Below are positions 45,283 to 53,749 of a stretch of DNA of 64,000 nucleotides, one piece after another (positions within the stretch are counted from its first letter, which is position 1; every line of letters begins with the position of its first letter). Location of the stretch: IMG/VR virus record IMGVR_UViG_3300032893_000031, positions 8,552 to 72,551 of that record, one strand, 5' to 3'. A program made the position numbers and the translations under genes. A model generated the notes under the pieces. That model did not search any database. It worked only from the letters and a program-made list of their open reading frames with translations, and was not told the origin of the DNA. This DNA is from a virus.

Positions 45283-45699
45283 ATGCCGCAAGTCCCGCCA
45301 ATCGTAGGAACGCCCGACCAGATTGATGTTTTCAAAATCGGCACCAGCACCCACCGTGTCCAGATCAACCCCGCCTTGATGGCGATGATCCAATCTCTCA
45401 CCGAAAGGGTGAATCAAGTAGCCGCTTCGCAGTCCTCGACTTCCAAAGGGGCGGCGAGTCCGTCCATCGTCACCGGTCAGGTGCCGCTGTCTCAGGGTGT
45501 CGCCAACGGCTCGGTGTCCAATCTCGGGCTTCCTTCCGCTCCGCGCGCAATTACAGCCTGGGTGTCCGGTCCCGACCCAGGACTGGCCATTACCGCGCAC
45601 ATCACCGCCGGCAGCGCGACCACCAACGGGTTCCTCTACAATTTGAGCGCCCAGCCGGATTCGGACGGCTATTACCTGAGCTACATCGCCGTACTATGA
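45283..45699 (+). CDS. hypothetical tail-associated protein, 138 aa
   Basis: This is the 3' part of ORF 44563-45699. ATG 45283 lies downstream of the candidate promoter; ATG 45241 is an alternative. High third-position GC. ATGA overlap with the next gene. Confidence 0.45.
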   Translation: MPQVPPIVGTPDQIDVFKIGTSTHRVQINPALMAMIQSLTERVNQVAASQSSTSKGAASPSIVTGQVPLSQGVANGSVSNLGLPSAPRAITAWVSGPDPGLAITAHITAGSATTNGFLYNLSAQPDSDGYYLSYIAVL

Positions 45700-46700
45700 A
45701 GAAGAAGGTTCTCATCGGGTTTTTGGTCATGCTTGGCTTGGCGATTCCCGCGCTGGTCAGAACGCCGCTGTTCCAGTCGTTTCTCCAATCGAACATGGAT
45801 GGCGCCGGGTATTCCATCACCAACCTTTCGTCGGTATGGGCCACCAACTTCTTTGACGCCGCGACGGGCATTGAGTTGACCAACGAGTTCGTCTCGCCCT
45901 CGACGGCCACCAATATCGCGGCTCAACAGGCCCGGTTCGCCACCAACGGGATGCTTTCTGCCGTGCAGGTGACTAATGCGGCCATCCAACAAGCGAGCTA
46001 CACCACCAATGGTATCTTCGCCACGATCACCAATGCCGCAATCCAGCAGGCCGCTTACGTCACGAATGCTTTGTTGAGCGCCACCCAGACTACCAATGCT
46101 GCGGCGCAACAAGCGAATTGGGCCACGAATGGAATTCTCTCAGCGCAGCAGGTGACGAATGCGGCCTCACAACAAGCCCAATATGCGACTAACGGACTGG
46201 CCATAATCGCGGGCAGCAATATTACCGTGACAACCAACGGTGCTGGCAGTTTCACCATTGCCTCGACGGCATCAGGAGGAGCGACAGGGGCGATCACCAA
46301 TAATTCAACGCAGGGCACGGTAAACCTGCAAGGGCCGGTGAACAGCACCAACGGCGTGTATCAAGGCACTACCACGCTCGCTTTTACCAGAGGCACAAAC
46401 GTCATCGTTGACTTTTCAACCGGAACGAGATTTAAGTTGTTGCTCACCACCAATGCATGGCTGATCCCGTCGAATATCAACTCGGTTTTGGACTCCGACT
46501 TCGTCCTCAAGACCTTCATGGCCAGCCCCGGACTGTTTACGGTTGGTCTTGGGACCAATACGCTTGGGCAGAGGTTCACCATTCCCGGTGGGGTTTCTTT
46601 CACGGCAACCACGAACGTTGGCGCGGCAGACCTTTACACCATGATGGCCGACTACACGGGCACCAACACCTGCATTGTGTTGGCCCCCAACTTCAAATGA
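45696..46700 (+). CDS. fibre-like protein with N-terminal hydrophobic segment and five tandem ~20-aa repeats
   Basis: 334 aa. MKKKVLIGFLVMLGLAIPAL N-terminus, five TNAAxQQAxYxTNG repeats, and a Thr/Gly/Asn-rich C-terminus. Confidence 0.55.
   Translation: MKKKVLIGFLVMLGLAIPALVRTPLFQSFLQSNMDGAGYSITNLSSVWATNFFDAATGIELTNEFVSPSTATNIAAQQARFATNGMLSAVQVTNAAIQQASYTTNGIFATITNAAIQQAAYVTNALLSATQTTNAAAQQANWATNGILSAQQVTNAASQQAQYATNGLAIIAGSNITVTTNGAGSFTIASTASGGATGAITNNSTQGTVNLQGPVNSTNGVYQGTTTLAFTRGTNVIVDFSTGTRFKLLLTTNAWLIPSNINSVLDSDFVLKTFMASPGLFTVGLGTNTLGQRFTIPGGVSFTATTNVGAADLYTMMADYTGTNTCIVLAPNFK
45906..46196 (+). repeat. in-frame tandem repeats (5 units of 19-21 codons)
   Basis: Protein repeats TNIAAQQARFATNG / TNAAIQQASYTTNG / TNAAIQQAAYVTNA / TNAAAQQANWATNG / TNAASQQAQYATNG. 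Confidence 0.6.
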
Positions 46701-47485
46701 GGGCCTTGCTATTTTGCACCCTGCTGATTTGCGCATCGGCTTCGGCTCAGATTGCGCTTTGGAATAAGACGCAACGGGCGATTGTGCCGCAAGGGTTGGT
46801 TGGCTACTGGACGCTGGATGTGGCGGATTGCCAGAATGGCAAGGTATGGGATTCAAGCGGGACGGCAACGGGCGCGTTCACAGTCGCAGTTCCAACCCAA
46901 ACAAATGGCGTGGTTGGTCAAGGCATGTTTTTCAACGGAACACAGTATGTGGATACCACGACTTCATCGAACGCTTGGTATAACTTCAAGACCGGGACTG
47001 TGTGTTTGTGGTGCAAGGAACGGGATACAGGCGGCGAAACCATTCCGTGGTCGGCCTCGTCCACCAGCGGCACCAGCACTGAAATTTTTATCGAGGAAGA
47101 TTGGCGGTCGGGAAATAAGTTTTGGAACATCTGTTGCCGGTATAACGGGACAACTGAGTGGCAATATACGATCTACATTCCGGGGGGCTACGCCAGCAAC
47201 AACTGGGTTCACATCGCCATCGCCCAAAATGGGGTTGCGCCGACGTTTTTTACGAATGGGGTTCTGTCAACGATGACAGGAACAACTACCACGGCCCCGT
47301 CATATTGGCTGAGCAACATTTTGTACTCAGCAAACTCCAAGCCCGCGAATACGATTTCTATTGGAGTGCTGCGTCGAAGCACGGGGTTGGTCAGTCAATA
47401 CGCGGGGGCGGTGGATGATGTGCGGGTTTACAACTACGCGCTTTCGGCAGCGCAGATCGCCAGCATTTACAAGGCGGGACACTGA
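46697..47485 (+). CDS. LamG / concanavalin-A-like lectin domain protein with signal peptide
   Basis: Trimmed to ATG 46697 (ATGA overlap). MRALLFCTLLICASASAQ signal. GLVGYWTLD ... NWVHIAI ... YAGAVDDVRVYNYALSAAQI is the Laminin_G_3 pattern. Confidence 0.7.
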   Translation: MRALLFCTLLICASASAQIALWNKTQRAIVPQGLVGYWTLDVADCQNGKVWDSSGTATGAFTVAVPTQTNGVVGQGMFFNGTQYVDTTTSSNAWYNFKTGTVCLWCKERDTGGETIPWSASSTSGTSTEIFIEEDWRSGNKFWNICCRYNGTTEWQYTIYIPGGYASNNWVHIAIAQNGVAPTFFTNGVLSTMTGTTTTAPSYWLSNILYSANSKPANTISIGVLRRSTGLVSQYAGAVDDVRVYNYALSAAQIASIYKAGH

Positions 47486-47487
47486 GC

Positions 47488-49293
47488 ATGGCCTCCAAAG
47501 CCCCGCCATTGCCTGAGCCGCTGACCGAAGCCGATTTCTTCGCCTACCGCCACGCCTACGCCAATCGCTTCAAAGGCCCGGTCCCGCGCCTGGAAATGTT
47601 CCGGCGCATCGCCGACACGCTGATGCCCAACTGGTTTGAGTGGCACCCGTGGACCAACCGGATGGTGGAAGCCCTGGGCCGCTACAGGTGGGAGGCATGG
47701 TCAGGGTGTTCGGGAAGCTCTAAAACGTGGAACAGCGCCAATTACGCCTGCTTGTGGTGGCTGATGGCGCCAGAGGAATCCTCCGTTATCTTCTGCTCCA
47801 CGACGATGAAGATGCTGCGGCGCCGCGCCTGGGCGTACATCCAGAAATTCGAGCAGCGGTTCTCCGAGCGCATGGGCATGAAGGTTGGCAACTTTGTGGA
47901 CTCCCGCACCGTCTGGCAATGCCAGCAGGGGGACGACCTGCACGCGATGTTTTGCGTGGCCGTCGGTGAGGGGGATGCCAACAAGATTGCGGCCAACATC
48001 CAGGGCATTCACACCCGCCGGCAGTTGGTGATCATTGACGAGGCCGAGGCGGTGCCCAGCGCGATCTGGAAAGCCTGCGCCAACCTCTACTCCTACCCGA
48101 TCAACGCCGGTGGCGAATTCATCCTTCTGGCCATCGCCAACGCCCGCTCGCGCCTGAGCCAGTTTGGGCGCTTCTGCGAGCCCGCTAACGGCTGGAATTC
48201 CGTCAGCATTGACACCGACGAGTGGGAGACCAAGCCGCAGTTGGACGGCACGCCCGGGCACGTCCTGCGCTTTGACTTCCGCAAGACCCCCAACATCACG
48301 GAGGGCCGCACGGTCTCGCATCACCTGCCGACCAAGCAGCACGTCGAGATGACGCTCAAGGCACTGGCCGCGCGCGGCGCCGAGAATGACCCAGAGCATT
48401 GGGCGTACAACCTGAGCTTCCCCGTCCCGGAGGGCTTTGCCAAAACAGTGTTCACCGAGACGCTGTTCGACAAATACGACGCCTACGGCAAGCTCACCTT
48501 CACCGGCAACCGCTTCATGATCATCGGCACGCTCGATCCCGCCTACACCGGCGACCGCCCGGCCCTGCGATTCGGGGCCTTCGGGGAAATCGAAACTGGC
48601 AAGATGGGCATTGAATCCATGCCGCCCATCGTCCTCTACACCGACACCACCAGCAAAGACCCGATTCGCTACCAACTTGTTCGGCAGGTGCGCCAGCATT
48701 GCGCCAACGTCATGTGGCGCGGCCAGAAATACGAGTGCAAGCCGGAGAATTTCGGGTTTGATGCCTCGGGCGACGGCGGGATCTGCGATATTGCCATCCA
48801 GGAATGGAGCCCGGAGATCATCAAAATCCAGTACGGGGGTTCTGCCAGCGACGAGCCGTGCTCGCATGAGGACCGGCGCCCCGCCAGCGAGGTCTATAAA
48901 AACAAGCGGGCGGAAATGTATTACCGCACCCGCAGCGCCATCGAGTCCAGCCAGATGAAGGGCTTGGATAAGGACACGGCCGCCGAGCTTTCCACCCTCG
49001 AGTACTCGGACACCCGGCCTGATGGCAGCATCAAGCCGATCACGCTGATGGACAAGAAGGAGTATCGGGTGAAGTTCAACAAGTCGCCGGACTTGGCTGA
49101 CTGCTTCGTCCAACTCATCGAGGTCGCGCGCCTGCGCGGGTTCTCCCTCACCGCCCGCGGCAACACCATCCAAACGCTGGTCGAGGCGGACAAGGAGGCG
49201 CAAGTCGCCCAGGCCGTTTACGAAACCGCCGACACCGCCGCACCATCGGAAATCATCGAGGGCGTCGAGGACATGGTGGAGGAGGTCTGGTGA
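47488..49293 (+). CDS. terL: terminase large subunit
   Basis: 601 aa. Walker A-like GCSGSSKT and Walker B LVIIDEAE, with a C-terminal nuclease-sized half. The 500-aa antisense ORF is a shadow frame. Confidence 0.75.
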   Translation: MASKAPPLPEPLTEADFFAYRHAYANRFKGPVPRLEMFRRIADTLMPNWFEWHPWTNRMVEALGRYRWEAWSGCSGSSKTWNSANYACLWWLMAPEESSVIFCSTTMKMLRRRAWAYIQKFEQRFSERMGMKVGNFVDSRTVWQCQQGDDLHAMFCVAVGEGDANKIAANIQGIHTRRQLVIIDEAEAVPSAIWKACANLYSYPINAGGEFILLAIANARSRLSQFGRFCEPANGWNSVSIDTDEWETKPQLDGTPGHVLRFDFRKTPNITEGRTVSHHLPTKQHVEMTLKALAARGAENDPEHWAYNLSFPVPEGFAKTVFTETLFDKYDAYGKLTFTGNRFMIIGTLDPAYTGDRPALRFGAFGEIETGKMGIESMPPIVLYTDTTSKDPIRYQLVRQVRQHCANVMWRGQKYECKPENFGFDASGDGGICDIAIQEWSPEIIKIQYGGSASDEPCSHEDRRPASEVYKNKRAEMYYRTRSAIESSQMKGLDKDTAAELSTLEYSDTRPDGSIKPITLMDKKEYRVKFNKSPDLADCFVQLIEVARLRGFSLTARGNTIQTLVEADKEAQVAQAVYETADTAAPSEIIEGVEDMVEEVW

Positions 49294-49916
49294 AACTCAT
49301 CGTTCGCTCGCCGGGCCAACTTCCATACGGCGGAAAATATTCACTGAACCTCCCCGAGCTTGGCATCGTCGGCTGGGGCCAGAATTACTTCGATCTCAAG
49401 GAACGCGTGGAAGCCTGGCGCCACGCCAACGGCTGGCCTGTCGGGCTGGGCTTTGACGAGGAATTGCAGGCGGCGGTCTGCCGCGATTACCCCGCCGAAT
49501 GCACCATCGAACTGCCGCCCGCCCTTCCCGCCCCGCAGAAAATCGGCTGGGGGGACGTGATGCGCGGGACGGTGATGATGGCCAAGAACAAGCTCGCGGG
49601 CTCGCCCACGGTCTCCGACGAGGAAGCCAACCGCCGGGCCGAAATCTGCGCGCGGTGCATCCTGCGATCCGATTACACCAGCCCGTGCCCACTGTGCAAA
49701 GACCTGGAGAATTTGGCGGTCTCAATGGTGGGGGCACGCACCACCAAGTTTGACGGCCGCCTGCAACGCAAGGCGTGCGCGATATGTCATTGCTTCCTCG
49801 GTGCCAGCGTGTGGGTTGATCTCGATCTCCAATGGTCCGTCCTGTCCGACGAGCAGAAGGAACAGTTCTGGGTGGCCCATCGGGAGATCGGCTGCTGGAA
49901 GTGCCCCACCACCTAA
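49290..49916 (+). CDS. Cys-rich hypothetical protein, 208 aa
   Basis: GTGA overlap with terL. Several CxxC pairs (CARC, CPLC, CAIC, CWKC). Confidence 0.5.
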   Translation: MKLIVRSPGQLPYGGKYSLNLPELGIVGWGQNYFDLKERVEAWRHANGWPVGLGFDEELQAAVCRDYPAECTIELPPALPAPQKIGWGDVMRGTVMMAKNKLAGSPTVSDEEANRRAEICARCILRSDYTSPCPLCKDLENLAVSMVGARTTKFDGRLQRKACAICHCFLGASVWVDLDLQWSVLSDEQKEQFWVAHREIGCWKCPTT

Positions 49917-49938
49917 AACACTTATTGCATAATAGGTG

Positions 49939-49966
49939 TTGACAGGGGATTGGCTTGGTGTAGGCT
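49939..49966 (+). promoter_or_regulatory. sigma70-like promoter candidate (near-leaderless)
   Basis: TTGACA (49939-49944), 16 nt, TAGGCT (49961-49966), then TTTTTT and ATG 49973. Preceded by a hairpin at 49917-49940. Confidence 0.25.
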
Positions 49967-49972
49967 TTTTTC

Positions 49973-50794
49973 ATGAACGAACCAATCCACATCATCAGCC
50001 TCGGCGCTGGCGTGCAGAGCAGCACAATGGCCCTGATGGCTGCCGCTGGCGAGATAACGCCGATGCCGGTTGCGGCGATATTCGCGGATACCCAGGCTGA
50101 ACCAAAGTCCGTTTACACGTGGCTGGACTGGCTGGAAAAGCAGTTGCCGTTTCCGGTGCGCCGAGTGACGGCGGGCAGCTTGGTTGATGACGCCTTGAGG
50201 ATTCGTGAGCGCAAAGACAAAACCGGATTCTGGTCTCCGTCTGCGATTCCCCACTACTCAATCAACGCCGATGGCAGTGACGGTCACGGGCCGCGCCAAT
50301 GCACTCACGATTTCAAACTGCTTCCACTGGGCCGCGAGACGCGCAAGGTCCTGTTGGAACACGGCGCAAAAGAATGCGTCACATGGATTGGAATTTCTAT
50401 TGATGAAGCTGCCCGAATGAAAGAAAGCCGTGTGCGGCATATCGTTCACCGGTGGCCGCTGGTTGATCTCTGCATCAAACGTTCGGATTGTCTTGCGTGG
50501 ATGGCTGAGCGCGGGTTCCCCAAGCCTCCGAGAAGCGCGTGTGTGTTCTGCCCCTACCACTCAGACCGTGAGTGGCGGCGACTAAAAACCGAGGAGCCGG
50601 CCGAGTTTGACTATGCTGTGAAGTTTGAGCGGGATTATCAAGCGGTGAAAAAGACAACACTGTGCGACAAGAACGTTCAATTTTTCCTTCACTCGAAACG
50701 CGTTCCTCTAGACCAAGTGGACTTTTCCACCGAAGAAGAGCGCGGCCAACTCAACATGTTCAATAACGAGTGCGAGGGGATGTGTGGGGTATGA
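49973..50794 (+). CDS. phosphoadenosine phosphosulfate (PAPS) reductase family / PP-loop protein
   Basis: 273 aa. N-terminal ISLGAGVQSS is PP-loop-like. The C-terminal Cys cluster (CVFCPY ... CEGMCGV) is typical of phage PAPS-reductase-family proteins. Confidence 0.65.
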   Translation: MNEPIHIISLGAGVQSSTMALMAAAGEITPMPVAAIFADTQAEPKSVYTWLDWLEKQLPFPVRRVTAGSLVDDALRIRERKDKTGFWSPSAIPHYSINADGSDGHGPRQCTHDFKLLPLGRETRKVLLEHGAKECVTWIGISIDEAARMKESRVRHIVHRWPLVDLCIKRSDCLAWMAERGFPKPPRSACVFCPYHSDREWRRLKTEEPAEFDYAVKFERDYQAVKKTTLCDKNVQFFLHSKRVPLDQVDFSTEEERGQLNMFNNECEGMCGV

Positions 50795-51453
50795 CAAAAG
50801 CACATTCCTACCTCCGGGTCTCCGGCAAGGGCCAGGTTGACGGTGACGGCTTTCCCCGCCAGCGCGCGGTTATCGAAGCCTACTGCCAGGCCCACAACAT
50901 CATTATCGAGCGCGAGTTCGTGGAGCAGGGCGTATCGGGCACCCTCGATGCCTTCGACCGGCCGGCCCTCACCGACCTGATGGTGGCGATCAAGGCCAAC
51001 GGGGTGCGCCTGGTGCTGGTCGAACGCGCCGACCGGCTGGCCCGCGACCTGATGATCTCCGAGATCCTGCTCTCGGAGTTCCGCAAGCTGGGCGTGAAGG
51101 TGATTGCCGCCGACAGCGACACCGACTTGAGCGTGGAGGACAAAGACCCCACCCGCACGCTCGTCCGCCAGATGTTGGGCGCCATCGCGCAGTTCGAGAA
51201 ATCCTGCATCGTGCAGAAGCTCCGCGCCGCCCGCGCGCGCGCGCGCCGGGACAACGGGCGGTGCGAGGGGAGAAAGCCTTACGGGAGCAAGCCCGGGGAG
51301 CATGGGGTGTTTGATTACATGAAAGAACTGCGCGCGGAAGGCAAGTCGTTCAAAGCCATCGCCCAAATCCTGAACGAGAAGAACATCCCCACCCGCGTTC
51401 GAGACGCGGCGTGGCACCCGACTACGCTGGCCAGGATTTTGGGGAGGGGTTAG
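50791..51453 (+). CDS. small serine recombinase (resolvase/invertase family)
   Basis: Trimmed to ATG 50791 (ATGA overlap). YLRVSGKGQ carries the catalytic Ser. VLVERADRLARD is present. C-terminal HTH-like segment GKSFKAIAQILNEKNIPT. Confidence 0.75.
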   Translation: MTKAHSYLRVSGKGQVDGDGFPRQRAVIEAYCQAHNIIIEREFVEQGVSGTLDAFDRPALTDLMVAIKANGVRLVLVERADRLARDLMISEILLSEFRKLGVKVIAADSDTDLSVEDKDPTRTLVRQMLGAIAQFEKSCIVQKLRAARARARRDNGRCEGRKPYGSKPGEHGVFDYMKELRAEGKSFKAIAQILNEKNIPTRVRDAAWHPTTLARILGRG

Positions 51454-52190
51454 CCGTCCCGCTGGCAAACTTCGATCACAGCCGATCCTTCTTTCAGTAT
51501 CACGCGGATAAGGTCCGGCGGATTGGCGTTGGTGCGCTCGAAACCCACGTTCTTGCCGATGGTCTTGCGGATCACCCACCGGCCAATGATCGATACGTTG
51601 GCTGGCGGCGGCGCTGGCATGTGCATTTTTTCTTCCCCATTTGAGGAGGCAAAAGTGCGTACGGTCTTGGATTTCTGCCCCAGCGCCTGCCACTCTGCAT
51701 TCCCCTCACCATGCTTGGGAATCCACAGGCGCGCCTGTTCCTCCACCGACCGCACCGACCGCTCGCCCAACGCGCGTTTCAGTTCCAGCCGGCTCATCTC
51801 GCGCACCGTCTTTTTCGAGACGACAGGCTTGCCGTTGGCTACCCGAACCACGACATCAATCGGCTGGCTGCACAGCCGCGCCTGTTCGTCGTAGGGGTAT
51901 CCCATAAGCCGGCGGACCGGCATCGCCGGGGAGATCAAAAGCTGCGGATGAAGCTGTTTTCTGCCGATTCGCTCGATGGTTTCGAGCATGTCCACCGTCA
52001 GCAGCGGCTCGCGCTGGATAATCTTGCGGTACACCCCAGGATCGTCCTTGCGCATTTCCACCAACAACCCGCCCGCGGCCTGCCAGCATTTAATGCCCTC
52101 GCGGAGCATTATCAGGAAGGTCTCGACGGCTTCGGCTCCGAGTTTGACCAGGGCGTTAACGGTTTTGGCTGGCAAGTTGGCTGGTTGCAT
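51450..52190 (-). CDS. hypothetical protein, 246 aa
   Basis: ORF 51450-52250 trimmed to ATG 52190. Convergent with the recombinase gene, with a 4-nt overlap. Confidence 0.45.
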   Translation of the reverse strand: MQPANLPAKTVNALVKLGAEAVETFLIMLREGIKCWQAAGGLLVEMRKDDPGVYRKIIQREPLLTVDMLETIERIGRKQLHPQLLISPAMPVRRLMGYPYDEQARLCSQPIDVVVRVANGKPVVSKKTVREMSRLELKRALGERSVRSVEEQARLWIPKHGEGNAEWQALGQKSKTVRTFASSNGEEKMHMPAPPPANVSIIGRWVIRKTIGKNVGFERTNANPPDLIRVILKEGSAVIEVCQRDG

Positions 52191-52548
52191 AAAACATTCT
52201 GAATGCTCTGCGGGATCGGAAGGCTTGAATCTCGGCCCGCTTTCGTTCAATGGTTTCGGGCGTGATCGGGCGCCCTTGTTGTCTGAGTTGCTGCACGGCG
52301 TAATGATTGGGAATCCTCGACACCCGGCGCTTCTGATAGCGGATAACCCTCTCCAGGTTTCGCGCCTTCCATCTGTAGGTGTACTCAGCCCAGTATCGGC
52401 CCCTGTGCGGGTCTCTGGGATGCTTGCGCCGCCAGCGCCGGCTGCTGTAACGGCGGATCACCCGAATTCTCGCCTTGAGTTCCAGCGGGCTGAACACGCT
52501 CTCAAGCCTGCCGTTGTCAGGATTGCGTTGAGTAGTGGCGGGGTTCAC
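52156..52548 (-). CDS. hypothetical highly basic protein, ~130 aa
   Basis: ORF 52156-52647. GTG 52548 gives a GTGA overlap with the Lar-like stop; ATG 52572 is an alternative. Hand-counted third-position GC is about 68%. Arg-rich. Confidence 0.45.
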   Translation of the reverse strand: MNPATTQRNPDNGRLESVFSPLELKARIRVIRRYSSRRWRRKHPRDPHRGRYWAEYTYRWKARNLERVIRYQKRRVSRIPNHYAVQQLRQQGRPITPETIERKRAEIQAFRSRRAFRMFYATSQLASQNR

Positions 52549-52799
52549 GAACAATCCGGCTGTTTCTGCCATTTGACGATGGCAAACCTTCGGGATTGCG
52601 CAATCGGCCCCTCGGCGTTGCAGTGCATACAGTGAACCCAAAAGCAAAACTCCACGTCGTCATCGCCGCGTACCGTCAGGTCCGCACTGCCGCAGAATGG
52701 GCAGGGAAGCATGGATTGCCCTTCGGTTTCAAACTCAGTCGGGGCGTTTGCTTTATCCCGGTTGCGCTCAGCGATTAACTCAAGGGTGAGCTGACTCAT
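52545..52799 (-). CDS. Lar-family restriction-alleviation-like protein
   Basis: 84 aa. CPFCGSADLTV ... VHCMHCNAEGP ... AIVKWQ matches the Lar zinc-ribbon pattern. Confidence 0.6.
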   Translation of the reverse strand: MSQLTLELIAERNRDKANAPTEFETEGQSMLPCPFCGSADLTVRGDDDVEFCFWVHCMHCNAEGPIAQSRRFAIVKWQKQPDCS

Positions 52800-52813
52800 A
52801 CTCTGGAATCCGA

Positions 52814-53539
52814 TTAGACTCCGATCTGATTCTCTCTACCAAGCAAATCCGGCGCGCCCAACTCCTTGCGCTCCATCACCGATACCAGCGTCCAGCCGCG
52901 CCATTGGTGTCCGGCCTTGCCGTCTGTGCGCTGGAGGTTGTTGAAGCCCCCGACCGCCCGCTGCCAGAGCGCCAGCTTGGACATCGGGCGCTCATCCGGC
53001 AGGAATCGGTGTTCGTTGGCCCGGCACCACGATTGCAGGTTGTCGAATTCGTGAATGACACCCCGCGGATCCCGGATGATCCAGTGAAGCGCCTTGTGAT
53101 GGTCGGGCCGGTCTCTGGCGTCTCGCCCAAACCCATGCGTGCCCGTCAGGGCCTTTGCGATGGACTGCCGGCGTCTGGCTTCGGCTTCCGGCGGCAGGTC
53201 TGTCGGCCGCAGTAGTCCTTTTAAGGATGCCAGACGATGTTCTTCAGAGAGTTTTCGCCCGGTGAGCGCCTTCGAGATGGCCGCGCGCGTTTCTTCCGGC
53301 ACGGGCCGCCCACGCCGTGGCGCGCACCGTTTCTCCACCAACTCGCGGGTCTGGTGGCGCATGGTTGAAAACTTGGATTCATCCTTCCAGGCAGACTTCA
53401 AGCCGCGCGACTGGTTCTGCGACCATTCGGGCGAGTGCTTCTTGCCGCGGAACTGGTGCCCGCGCACGTATCGCCGAGGACGCCCATGGTTGTCGGGTCC
53501 AAGTTCCGTCTGACAGCCGCAGAGGCATAGGGTTTTCAC
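52814..53539 (-). CDS. NUMOD3-motif DNA-binding protein (homing-endonuclease-related, no nuclease domain recognised)
   Basis: 241 aa from GTG 53539. EETRAAISKALTGRKLSEEH and RRRQSIAKALTGTHG are NUMOD3-like repeats. Confidence 0.5.
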   Translation of the reverse strand: MKTLCLCGCQTELGPDNHGRPRRYVRGHQFRGKKHSPEWSQNQSRGLKSAWKDESKFSTMRHQTRELVEKRCAPRRGRPVPEETRAAISKALTGRKLSEEHRLASLKGLLRPTDLPPEAEARRRQSIAKALTGTHGFGRDARDRPDHHKALHWIIRDPRGVIHEFDNLQSWCRANEHRFLPDERPMSKLALWQRAVGGFNNLQRTDGKAGHQWRGWTLVSVMERKELGAPDLLGRENQIGV

Positions 53540-53711
53540 ACCCCAACTGTGCCACGCCGTTACAGCATTGCAACCCGAAAGTTGTTGCCAACCCCCGCCC
53601 GGTGGGCTTATGGGTTGGGCAATGATGGATTGCGAGTCCAGTTGTCATACAGGATTTCGGACCCGGCAGGCAACCCGGAGCCCGGAAGTTGACGGCACCA
53701 AAACGTCTTCT

Positions 53712-53749
53712 GCCCCCATTGCTCGCAACGGTGGGGGCTTTTCTTTTCT
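53712..53749 (+). terminator. intrinsic terminator-like hairpin plus U-tract
   Basis: GCCCCCA (53712-53718) pairs with TGGGGGC (53732-53738), followed by TTTTCTTTTCT. The minus-strand reading lacks a U-tract. Confidence 0.45.

Noticed and set aside
47701-49203. 500-aa minus-strand ORF
   Set aside because: It is antisense to the large terminase, which has clear Walker motifs. It is a GC-shadow frame.
50791-51453. Gin/Cin-type invertase controlling a tail-fibre shufflon
   Set aside because: I found no inverted crossover sites flanking any fibre segment. The duplicated fibre domains are in direct orientation and lie 6 kb or more from the recombinase.
53619-53650. tRNA- or tmRNA-like T-arm (GGATTGCGAGTCC)
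   Set aside because: No acceptor stem, anticodon arm or CCA-compatible 3' end could be built around it. It does form a simple GCAAT/ATTGC hairpin.
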